Of a stretch of 64,000 nt of DNA, positions 27,509 to 35,771 are shown in pieces. Source of the stretch: Terriglobales bacterium (lineage in GTDB: Bacteria; Acidobacteriota; Terriglobia; Terriglobales; Acidobacteriaceae); the NCBI GenBank assembly GCA_049513095.1, contig JBEKWL010000001.1, positions 3,008 to 67,007 on the forward strand. Reading direction: 5' to 3'. Position 1 is the first letter of the stretch; each line of letters begins with the position of its first letter. The notes beneath the pieces were generated by a model that worked only from the letters and a program-made list of their open reading frames with translations, had not been told where the DNA came from and did not search any database. Made by a program: the position numbers and the translations under genes.

Positions 27509-28465
27509 CTACGATTGTAATTCTTTGCCCCCCGAGGCTTCGAGTCCGAGTGGGTACCCATACTTGATCAGCAAGGGCCAGGTCGCAGCAGTCACAAGCA
27601 TTCTGTCGCGCCTTTTCATTTCGTTTTTCCAAGCGTGATTTTCTCGAAGCTCGACGTTACCCGTCACAAAGCGGCTCGGGTTTCCAGACACGGTGTGCTG
27701 AGCCTCGAGGTTCAGGCTGTGCTCCTCCTGAAGCGGAAGAGATGAACGAGTCTCATCTACGAAGTTCAGAATGCGCTGGAGAGATCGTCGTGGATTGGCT
27801 ACAAAGTCTTCATAGCGAAGATGCAAAGGGCGGTGCCGGAATCGTTTGCTCAGAACCTCAATGACGCTGTTTTGGAAGTTCCACTTGAGGGAAGCATTGA
27901 GCGGGTTTATGTCCCTCGTCCAGACGAGGCGCCCGTCCTTAACCCGTTTGCGGAGAAAGGAATATGCGGCGGCGCGTGGATCGCGGGTCAGATGAAGGAT
28001 ATAGGGGTCGATCCCGTCTGCTAACTGCAGGATGCAAGCGTACATGGAGCGCTTGGAAGAATCAACGATGACCTCGCAATTGAAAACCCTTTGAATTGCG
28101 CGATAAACTCTCTCGAGTTCGGCCAAGGGCTTAGCCAGGCGTCGCTGGAGGGTTACTCCTCTTGAGGTCATGGCCCTTAGGCAAGCGCGGTCGCGAGCCT
28201 CCAAATTACGAAACTCAAGCATCTGCGCAATAAGGGACTCGTCCCGACCGCCGTAAGCTTCCCTCAGCACATCGTTCCACATCTTGCAGGCAACGACCGG
28301 CACTCCGCAACCACAAGGAACCTGTCCAGACGCGAGAATACCCCAGAATTCAAGGAACTCCCCCACGTGGGTGAAACCCTCAACCTGACCAAGGGTGTTC
28401 CCGAGGATGGTGCTCCCGCTGCGCCCCAGTCCGGCGATGTAGAGCACCTTGACCTTATTGGGCAT
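27509..28465 (-). CDS. Sulfotransferase family protein
   Basis: 5'-PSB loop KVLYIAGLGRSGSTILGN and 3'-PB-like LHLTRDPRAAAYS. The ATG at 28465 is preceded by GGGGAGAGAAG. Confidence 0.8.
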   Translation of the reverse strand: MPNKVKVLYIAGLGRSGSTILGNTLGQVEGFTHVGEFLEFWGILASGQVPCGCGVPVVACKMWNDVLREAYGGRDESLIAQMLEFRNLEARDRACLRAMTSRGVTLQRRLAKPLAELERVYRAIQRVFNCEVIVDSSKRSMYACILQLADGIDPYILHLTRDPRAAAYSFLRKRVKDGRLVWTRDINPLNASLKWNFQNSVIEVLSKRFRHRPLHLRYEDFVANPRRSLQRILNFVDETRSSLPLQEEHSLNLEAQHTVSGNPSRFVTGNVELRENHAWKNEMKRRDRMLVTAATWPLLIKYGYPLGLEASGGKELQS

Positions 28466-28583
28466 TCTAGCTTCTCTCCCCAAACTGTGATGAATTCGAG
28501 ACTTCCAGCAATCACTGAACCGAAACTGCTTCTGATGAAATAGGGCGTTTCCGTGCGTTTAGTCGTGCCGGAATCGCTTAGCC

Positions 28584-29612
28584 TTAGCTGTCGTTCTGAG
28601 CAACGGCTCGGTGGCAACTGGATTCTTGCGGCCTCAATTCACGAGTTTGCACCTGACGCCGTCCCCTGAGCATGAGAATTGACCTGCGAATAATCGTGGC
28701 TAGGATCATTGGCCCCCCACGGGCCGCCAACCGGAGGGCGTCCGTGAATAAGCCAGCGCACAATAATTTATTAGCGCAAAAGAAGATCACGCCGCCGTGC
28801 CGAGCGTATCTTTCGAATTGTCTATGCGGGCCTCCAGGATACAGGCCAGCTCGCTCTCGATCCATAATTAGGTGACCCGCTTGTATGTACGACCGGACGG
28901 ACCGGATGGAGTTTGCAGCGTGCATGCGGTATAACATCGTGTAGGGCGACAAAACCAGAATGGCGTTACCGGAGTATGCCAGTTTTGCGTACAGATCCTG
29001 GGTATCTAGATGCCAGATCCCGGGAGACCAGCCACCCACATCCTGAAAGGCCAGCCGATTAATCACGAACGCCCCTGTATACATGCCACTAACTCGGTCC
29101 TTCGCCATCAAGGATTCGTACTCCACGAATTCCAGTCTCTCCGGCGCGTCATCTGGTGGAAACACCGGCACCAGGCCCTCAAACCGGCGCACCCCGGAGA
29201 CTATCGTGGCGGGCTTTCGCTCTGCTACAAGCCGCTCATAGACCTCCAAAGCCCATGGCGTGAAGAGATCGTCTCCATCCAGAAAAATCAGGTACTCTCC
29301 CCTGGCAATGGCCGCACCTCGATTGCGAGCCTCACTCACTCCGCAGTTGGTCGGAAGTACTAGCAAGTCGACAGAGCTCTCATACTGTTTTAGTACCTCT
29401 AATGAGCCGTCCCGCGATCCATCATCGACCACAATCACTTCCTTAGGAGCGTGCCTCTGCAACAGGGCCGACTCCACGGCATCCTTTATGAACTCTTGCT
29501 GGTTGTAGCAAGTGATAACGATACTGTATCGGACCCCTGACACGGATCGGCGAGTCTCCTCTCTGCCGGAATTATCGGTGGACCTACAAGCTCCACATCG
29601 TGGAGCGAACAT
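28584..29612 (-). CDS. Family 2 glycosyltransferase
   Basis: YSIVITCYNQQEFIKDAVESALLQRHAPKEVIVVDDGSRDGS and FLDGDD. An alternative GTG start lies at 29543. Confidence 0.85.
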   Translation of the reverse strand: MFAPRCGACRSTDNSGREETRRSVSGVRYSIVITCYNQQEFIKDAVESALLQRHAPKEVIVVDDGSRDGSLEVLKQYESSVDLLVLPTNCGVSEARNRGAAIARGEYLIFLDGDDLFTPWALEVYERLVAERKPATIVSGVRRFEGLVPVFPPDDAPERLEFVEYESLMAKDRVSGMYTGAFVINRLAFQDVGGWSPGIWHLDTQDLYAKLAYSGNAILVLSPYTMLYRMHAANSIRSVRSYIQAGHLIMDRERAGLYPGGPHRQFERYARHGGVIFFCANKLLCAGLFTDALRLAARGGPMILATIIRRSILMLRGRRQVQTRELRPQESSCHRAVAQNDS

Positions 29613-29802
29613 CTACTGAAGAACCTAAGGACGACAAGCGCCGACTGAGGTCGCTCGCAGTTTTTATCGAAGGAACAACTCACGCCTCGGCGCTGCCCGG
29701 GGATCTTGATACGTTCTTTTCCGGGGAGCAATGGGAAATCAGAGCAATTCCGCCGAATCGCGCCTGCATGGTACGAAGGTCTAGATCGATCTGGTCCGGA
29801 GA

Positions 29803-31365
29803 TCAGGCCTTCTCACTTGAGCCCCGCTTCACCTCAAGTTCCTCGTTCAAGACACAGCAGAAATCCCATAGCGTCCTTGCAAACAGCACCCGACGGAACG
29901 GAAGCAATGCGCTGATGAGGACATTGGTGAGCTTCTTCACCTTCGACTGGGGCGCCGCACAGTAGGCGCCCCGCCACAGGACGACCGTGGGGGTTCGGAA
30001 ACGAAAGAACTCGCGCCAGATGATGCCAACCCATCCTCTCCACCTTCCGAGCACGAGTTCAGGCCTCAACTTGTCATTCCCGCCTTCCTCGACCTGCCAA
30101 GCCATATCCTCTGGCACGTAGACGTGGAAATCGGCGTTCGGAAAGGCCGCCACTACGGATTCGCTGTCTGTTTCCCACTTTCTCAAGCTCCCAGAGGGCA
30201 ATGCCATCACCGTCATACGGCGACACTTCGTCCTGTCTGTCAGCAGGGCCCGCATCCCGGACTGAAGCGCCATAAGACCGGCACACTCTCGAGAGAGTTG
30301 CGACTCGGGCGGTAGGCGCACCTCCCCTTCCAGGCAGTGATAGGCTTCCGCGAGTTTTCCCGCAGCGCCCCCTTCGCGCTCGGCAAGTCCGCGAATCACA
30401 GGTTCCATGGAAGAGACTTTGAACTGCGAAGCGTAGACCGAGACCGCAAGCAGCTTCTCTTCGAAGACATCAGTGATGTCTTCAGTAGCGCGGACCAAGC
30501 GGGTGCCAACGCCGCCAAGAGCGGCACGGATTTGGGCGGCGTGGCCGAGTGTGGAAGCGTAGGGTATATCCTCGTACATGGAGACCGGAACACTCGAGAA
30601 CCGGTTGCTAGCCTCGGCCAGCATCAGAAGGCATGCGCTCCGGGTGGTCCGATGATCGGAGTGATTGCCCAATCCCATGGGAATCCACAGCTCGTCGGGC
30701 GCAAGAACGTTCAGGTGTTGCGCAAGCTGCTCGGCAAGCAGTGATACATCCCTCGGACTCGGCACCAGGTTCGTGAAAATCTGCGGGGCGTGTCGGAACC
30801 TTTCGGCAGTTGCGATGGACCACCGCTCGGCCGGCCAGAAGCGAAGCGATGCGTCGGTCCAGTCCAAGCAATGGTGCTCCGCGCCAAAAAGTTTCGCCGC
30901 AAGCTCTGACTCCTGTTGCCTCAAGTAGGTGATTTCCCGAACATTCAGGAAGTCCCGCCCCAGCGTCAAGTAGGAAGTGAAGTTACTCCACTTCACCACC
31001 GACAGGATTGTGGTACGGCCAAGGCCCCGCCGGTGGAGGAGACGACCTCCAACACTGAGCGCCGCGTCGTCCATGTGCGGTTCGATTACCACGAGGTGCG
31101 GACGGGCAGGCGGCGAGATCGGAGGGATCAGCTCGACCACCGCAGCTTCGCGCCACCTTAACAGTCGACCAAGAGCACCAGGGTGCATCTCCTCCAGTTC
31201 GGCTGCGGTCTTACGCCCGTCGATACTGTCATAGAGAAGGACTTCCTCATTGGACAGCTCCAGCAGGGGCTTTCTCGAGATCATGAAGAAAAGCTTCCGG
31301 TCGCGGCGCTGGTTGTGCGGCCGGACTTGCGGCACATGGGCGCTGATGTCGTCACTTAATCTCAT
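29803..31365 (-). CDS. PIG-L/LmbE-family deacetylase with a short PqqD-like N-terminal segment and an uncharacterised C-terminal extension
   Basis: HLVVIEPHMDDAALSVGG is the PIG-L PHxDD motif, and HSDH lies downstream. The N-terminal EEVLLYDSIDGRKTAAELEE is PqqD/RRE-like. The start is uncertain: TTG at 31515, ATG at 31365, ATG at 31284. Confidence 0.7.
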   Translation of the reverse strand: MRLSDDISAHVPQVRPHNQRRDRKLFFMISRKPLLELSNEEVLLYDSIDGRKTAAELEEMHPGALGRLLRWREAAVVELIPPISPPARPHLVVIEPHMDDAALSVGGRLLHRRGLGRTTILSVVKWSNFTSYLTLGRDFLNVREITYLRQQESELAAKLFGAEHHCLDWTDASLRFWPAERWSIATAERFRHAPQIFTNLVPSPRDVSLLAEQLAQHLNVLAPDELWIPMGLGNHSDHRTTRSACLLMLAEASNRFSSVPVSMYEDIPYASTLGHAAQIRAALGGVGTRLVRATEDITDVFEEKLLAVSVYASQFKVSSMEPVIRGLAEREGGAAGKLAEAYHCLEGEVRLPPESQLSRECAGLMALQSGMRALLTDRTKCRRMTVMALPSGSLRKWETDSESVVAAFPNADFHVYVPEDMAWQVEEGGNDKLRPELVLGRWRGWVGIIWREFFRFRTPTVVLWRGAYCAAPQSKVKKLTNVLISALLPFRRVLFARTLWDFCCVLNEELEVKRGSSEKA

Positions 31366-31524
31366 CAAATTGCTCGGTGCCCATAACGAGTCAGCTCCTG
31401 GGTACAACAGTGAAGTGGCTGCGTTCCAAACAACGACTGGGACTGACTGCAAACAGGTTACCCTTGCCGCATTTTGCCCACGAGGTCTCAGGCAAGATAA
31501 ATCAGTCCTTGGCAAATAACTCCC

Positions 31525-32679
31525 TTAAAGATACTTATAGAGTCGATCGCCTAACCAGGCGGTTGCAGTGAGCGGCAACCGACGCCAGACGGTCTTTTTT
31601 AGCAATTCCAGGTAGCCTCCAAATTCGACGGAACCGTTCTCCAAGTCCGTGTAGGCCGGATAATAGTACCGATATAGACGCAGTGGCTCGCTGCCCCATT
31701 TGCTCTTGAACCTCGCCAGGTCGTCGTGTCCTTCCGGCACTTCACCAAAATCGAAAAACCGAAAGCCGCTTCTACATGCCTCGTTGATCGCTTGCCATTG
31801 GATGACGTCATTGGGCCGCAAAGAGAGATCTCCGCGTCGGGAACCGCCGAAAGCATAGGAGACAGTCCGACCGAACCTCAGGAAGATGGAGCCCGCGATT
31901 ATCCTTTGCGACCTCACCGTTTGTCGCTCGGCCAGCAGCAGTTGCATCATTCCCCGGGGCTTCAACAACTCCCAAAGCGCGACAAAAAACCTGTAAGGCC
32001 TGGGCGGGACTGCGTGGTATTGCATCGTTTCAAGGTAGAGCCCATACCACGCGCTAAGCTCAGCTTCTGTTTCCGCTGGACGGGTGTACACGCCAAGCCT
32101 TGTGGCTTTGTTGATGGCCCGTTTGACGCTGGCTCGGCTATCCCGGTTGCTAATGCGAAAAGGTCCCTCCGAACTTACCGGTAGGTGTAATAAGTAGGAA
32201 AGCCGCCATGGTGTGCAAACAATCCCGTCGACCAATCCATCGAGCTCACGCCCCTGCGTTTTGATCTGAAGCTGAACCCCGGGATTCCGGGAGACCTGCT
32301 GGACTGCCTCTTGGAGCACGGCAACTGTGGCTTGCGAGTCCCTGGAAAGCGGGCCCGCCACAGGTGTGCGCGGAAGAGACGAAAAACGGCGGCCAATCAA
32401 TGGCCTCAACCGCCGCCCCAAGTTGAACGGGAGTCCTCGAGTGTATACCATCGGAAGGATAGCGAGAACCTGGCCGGTGGCATCCTCACAGACAAAATAA
32501 ACACCCTTCTGCCCGTACTCTCGTTCCAGAGCCCCCAGCCATGCCGGGTGATGATAGATCGACCCATTTGGATGCTCAACCACGAAAGACTCCCAACGAG
32601 GGTCCGTTTGAGGATTTGTCTCGACGACCCTGAGGTCCTGGGAACTTGTCTTCACCGTAGTCAGCAGTTCAGTGTGCAA
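31525..32679 (-). CDS. FemAB-family / GNAT-fold acyl(aminoacyl)transferase, as found in PEP-CTERM EPS loci
   Basis: DPRWESFVVEHPNGSIYHHPAWLGALEREYG, AILPMVYTR, VKRAINKATRLGV and DDLARFKSKWG match the FemAB/CelD-like organisation. TTG start. Confidence 0.7.
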   Translation of the reverse strand: MHTELLTTVKTSSQDLRVVETNPQTDPRWESFVVEHPNGSIYHHPAWLGALEREYGQKGVYFVCEDATGQVLAILPMVYTRGLPFNLGRRLRPLIGRRFSSLPRTPVAGPLSRDSQATVAVLQEAVQQVSRNPGVQLQIKTQGRELDGLVDGIVCTPWRLSYLLHLPVSSEGPFRISNRDSRASVKRAINKATRLGVYTRPAETEAELSAWYGLYLETMQYHAVPPRPYRFFVALWELLKPRGMMQLLLAERQTVRSQRIIAGSIFLRFGRTVSYAFGGSRRGDLSLRPNDVIQWQAINEACRSGFRFFDFGEVPEGHDDLARFKSKWGSEPLRLYRYYYPAYTDLENGSVEFGGYLELLKKTVWRRLPLTATAWLGDRLYKYL

Positions 32680-32698
32680 AGAATTCTCAGATTCCGCT

Positions 32699-33814
32699 TT
32701 AGCCGATGTGTCTGTAGAAGAGCCGGCCAGCGGTTTTCAGGGCAAACTGTGGTGTGAGTGAAACTAGTCGCTGAAGGACGGCCTTCTGCAGCGTACTTAT
32801 GGTGGTTGTAGGCCGCTGCGGGTACGTCCAATAACTGAGCTCGGTGCCGACAGCCCCCCAGTGGCCTTTAAACGCCATGAGCCCAACATTGTCAGTATCA
32901 GAACGTCCCATGTCAAACTCCTCACATCCTAAGTCCTTCGCTTCCCGGATGGCATTCCAAAACAAAAAAACCATTCCCCCAAATCTGTGAAAACGCTCAT
33001 CGCTGCAACCATATTTGTACACCATGGACTTCTTGTGGACGAGCGTAAGTATGCTCGCAACCGGCAGATCATCCTTGGTCGCAATTCGAATCTTCAGGTC
33101 TCCGCCAAATGCTGCAACCAGTCCGCGAAACCAGGAGAGCGGTTGTGGCGGCAAACCCTGCCGTCGACGGGTAAGTACTTGCAAATCATAAAACTTCTGA
33201 AGCAGAATCTCCGAGGTCCCTTCCTCGTACTGCAATTTCTCCCGTTCTGCTCGTCGAATCTTTCTTTGAATGCAATCCTTGTGAAAGTTGTGAAATAACT
33301 CCTGCGTGCTTTTGCGTAGGTCCAGACAATGAAAACTGTAAGTAACGTTCCTGCCGAGTCCGGTCTGGTTCCCCAGGTGGCTGGAGGTAGGCCTGATCTC
33401 TATGTACTTCCATCTGCCGGCATCCACGTACCGCTTCATATGCAGAAGCAAGTCGTCCAGTTCGTTTGAGTTGTGCACCAACAGTTCGCAATGATCGGAG
33501 AAAGGCAAGGATACCAATCGCCGGCCGGTTACCCAGCTATTGACCCGGCAAAAGACAAGACCATTGGTAAGATCGGCGTCCGGGGGACAAGTTGTGACAA
33601 CAAGGGGATCGTATTTGTATGTTGTCTGCAACGCTTTGAGCCAGTTTGTACTATGGAACACCGAACTTCGAGGGTGGCTCTTGATGAAGGTTTCCCACCG
33701 CGAATCAGACAGCGGGTTGATCTCATAGACGTTCGCCGCGGAAGAATTGACTCCTGCCGGACGGAGAAGATCTGCGGTACGCACTCCCGCGATGACTTCG
33801 CTCCCTGAACTCAT
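32699..33814 (-). CDS. FemAB-family / GNAT-fold acyl(aminoacyl)transferase, paralog 2
   Basis: DSRWETFIKSHPRSSVFHSTNWLKALQTTYKY, RRLVSLPFSDHCE, IQRKIRRAEREKL and LMAFKGHWG. Same architecture as the neighbouring gene. Confidence 0.7.
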   Translation of the reverse strand: MSSGSEVIAGVRTADLLRPAGVNSSAANVYEINPLSDSRWETFIKSHPRSSVFHSTNWLKALQTTYKYDPLVVTTCPPDADLTNGLVFCRVNSWVTGRRLVSLPFSDHCELLVHNSNELDDLLLHMKRYVDAGRWKYIEIRPTSSHLGNQTGLGRNVTYSFHCLDLRKSTQELFHNFHKDCIQRKIRRAEREKLQYEEGTSEILLQKFYDLQVLTRRRQGLPPQPLSWFRGLVAAFGGDLKIRIATKDDLPVASILTLVHKKSMVYKYGCSDERFHRFGGMVFLFWNAIREAKDLGCEEFDMGRSDTDNVGLMAFKGHWGAVGTELSYWTYPQRPTTTISTLQKAVLQRLVSLTPQFALKTAGRLFYRHIG

Positions 33815-33919
33815 TCTGTGGGGTTCCCAATCATCGTCTTCTTTCGCGTAACGCCAACAAAGCGCCGCAGCCTGCGCTCGCGACCGCTGAGATACGGACC
33901 GCCTCTCCTCACACCAGCT

Positions 33920-35548
33920 TCAGGTCGTCGCAGTTTTCGCCTCGGCAGCAGTCACAGCGACCGACGGAGTGTTCCTTGAATACTTGCGCCAGGGCAGCAT
34001 CTCGAGAAGCAGTCCCCAGAGCTGCAAAATCGGCGTGACCCCGCCGTGCAGGACGGCAACCGCAGTCAAATATAACGCTGCAAACAAAACAGAGTCCGTC
34101 ACCATGCGGGTAAAGGCCCCAACTGGGCCCGGTACTCCCACAAAAACAGGCACGCCTCTAAGAATCATGGCCGATGCGCCACCCGCAAGCAAGGCTGCCA
34201 GGATGTATTTCCAGACTTCGGCAACCACGGGACCAATGCCGAAGCCGATCGGCTTCCCGGCATACCAGAATGCGGGAATGGTGAGAATCCAAAACGACAG
34301 CGTCCAGGCGGCAGCGATGCCCTCAGGGCCCCAATGCAGTCCCGCCAGGAACAGCGAGGCGGTAACGGCAAACTCCACCACCACCCAGCGAAACCAGCGG
34401 TGCGCAGTTCCGATCGAGAGGTGAAGCCAGCCGTGCGTGTTGTAGATAAGCATGATGCCCACGCCCGGCCCGAAGAACATGAAGATCCGGCCGGCGGTCG
34501 CCCACGCCGGTCCCAATACCAGAAGAATCACGTCTTTCCCGATGAGGGTGAGGTCCGCACCTATGCCCATTCCCACAAATGCCATCACCGCTAGGCTCCG
34601 GAGAAAGTAGCGCCGGTACTGCTCGGAGTCGCTGTTCAAGCGGCTTAGGGCAGACACGGCGACGGATGTCAAGGGCGCGGAAAGTTGGCAGGCGGAAAGC
34701 AGGAATAAGTCATACGCCTTCTTGTAAAAGCCCAGGGCGCTCGAACCAAATCGCCATCCCACCAGAAGATTGTCCGTATTTCTCGCGAAGTAGTTAAAAC
34801 TGAATCGTCCATAGATGTTGAACGCATACCGCACCATCGCTCCGGTTCCCGGCTCGCGCCGGGGAAAACCTGGAATCCAACGGCACTGTATCCACGCTCC
34901 GATTGCCACCATCAGTGGAAGCGTCAACGCTCCCGCTACCAACGCCCAGTATCCAAAGCCGGCCCAACCGAGCCCGATCATAACCAGCATAGAAACGGCA
35001 CTGGCCACGATATTGTTGAACGACACAGTTGAGAAACGCATCGCCCGCTTGAGAAGTGCGAGGTGCTGAACGGAGACACTGCTGAGGAAAATCACCGGCG
35101 ACAATGCGATGGCGACATGGGCTACTCTAGCGTCCCCATAAAACCTCGCCAGCAGCGACCCCGCGGCCGCTAACCCGACAGTCAGGAATCCGCCCACGCC
35201 CATGTTGATCCAAAACAGGTTACTCACGAGCCGACTGTTGATTTCTTGTCGCTGCTGGATTGCCTCTGTAAATCCATTCAGCCCGAAATTGCCGAGCAAA
35301 AGGCTGAAGGTGGTTACCATTGCCACCAGTCCGAAATCGGATGGCGTCAACAGACGAGCCAGCACCACTGTCGAGATGAGCTGGACGCCAAAACCAAGGC
35401 CCCCGGAAAGCAGGGTGAAACCCGCTCCCCTCACTGCAAGTTGTCGTGTCTCGCCTCGGGCAACACCCGCACGGAAACTGCCGCTTGCATCAAACGGTCT
35501 CAAACTCGCTGGCGCGAACACTCTGTCTTTTCTCTCTTGACTCGGCAA
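33920..35548 (-). CDS. Wzx-type oligosaccharide flippase (MOP/polysaccharide biosynthesis protein family)
   Basis: 542 aa with about 12-14 hydrophobic segments and an N-terminal basic cytoplasmic tail. The pattern (LARLLTPSDFGLVAMV...) is typical of Polysacc_synt flippases. Confidence 0.8.
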   Translation of the reverse strand: MPSQERKDRVFAPASLRPFDASGSFRAGVARGETRQLAVRGAGFTLLSGGLGFGVQLISTVVLARLLTPSDFGLVAMVTTFSLLLGNFGLNGFTEAIQQRQEINSRLVSNLFWINMGVGGFLTVGLAAAGSLLARFYGDARVAHVAIALSPVIFLSSVSVQHLALLKRAMRFSTVSFNNIVASAVSMLVMIGLGWAGFGYWALVAGALTLPLMVAIGAWIQCRWIPGFPRREPGTGAMVRYAFNIYGRFSFNYFARNTDNLLVGWRFGSSALGFYKKAYDLFLLSACQLSAPLTSVAVSALSRLNSDSEQYRRYFLRSLAVMAFVGMGIGADLTLIGKDVILLVLGPAWATAGRIFMFFGPGVGIMLIYNTHGWLHLSIGTAHRWFRWVVVEFAVTASLFLAGLHWGPEGIAAAWTLSFWILTIPAFWYAGKPIGFGIGPVVAEVWKYILAALLAGGASAMILRGVPVFVGVPGPVGAFTRMVTDSVLFAALYLTAVAVLHGGVTPILQLWGLLLEMLPWRKYSRNTPSVAVTAAEAKTATT

Positions 35549-35671
35549 AGAAGATCGGAACCTTAGGCTGAGTGGCCCTTCAGAAAGACCGTACTATCGT
35601 CTAGCAGCCCGTGGTGCATGTTATGGTTCGTATCTGGGCAAGGACTTCAGGCGTGCCGTAAGTGCTGCGTT

Positions 35672-35699
35672 ATGAAAGCGCCTTCGCGCGCTGAAGGCG
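35672..35699 (-). terminator. Weak intrinsic-terminator-like hairpin between the beta-helix gene and wzx
   Basis: Minus-strand RNA: CGCCUUC-agcgcgc-GAAGGCG (7-bp GC-rich stem, 35679-35699) followed by CUUUCAU. The U-tract is short. Confidence 0.25.
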
Positions 35700-35771
35700 G
35701 AGATTGGAGTTTCGCCACGGGCTAGCGACAATGTTCGAGTTCAGCATCCAGCGCGCAGGTGCGCAGAACAA

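Noticed and set aside
8636-27520. Numerous 60-385-aa ORFs antisense to, or out of frame with, the NRPS, PKS and ACAD genes (for example 12932..14089+, 26378..27520+, 15263..16156+)
   Set aside because: They are Arg/Pro/Gly-rich and lack recognisable motifs. They lie entirely within strongly supported genes on the opposite strand. These are the typical shadow ORFs of GC-rich DNA.
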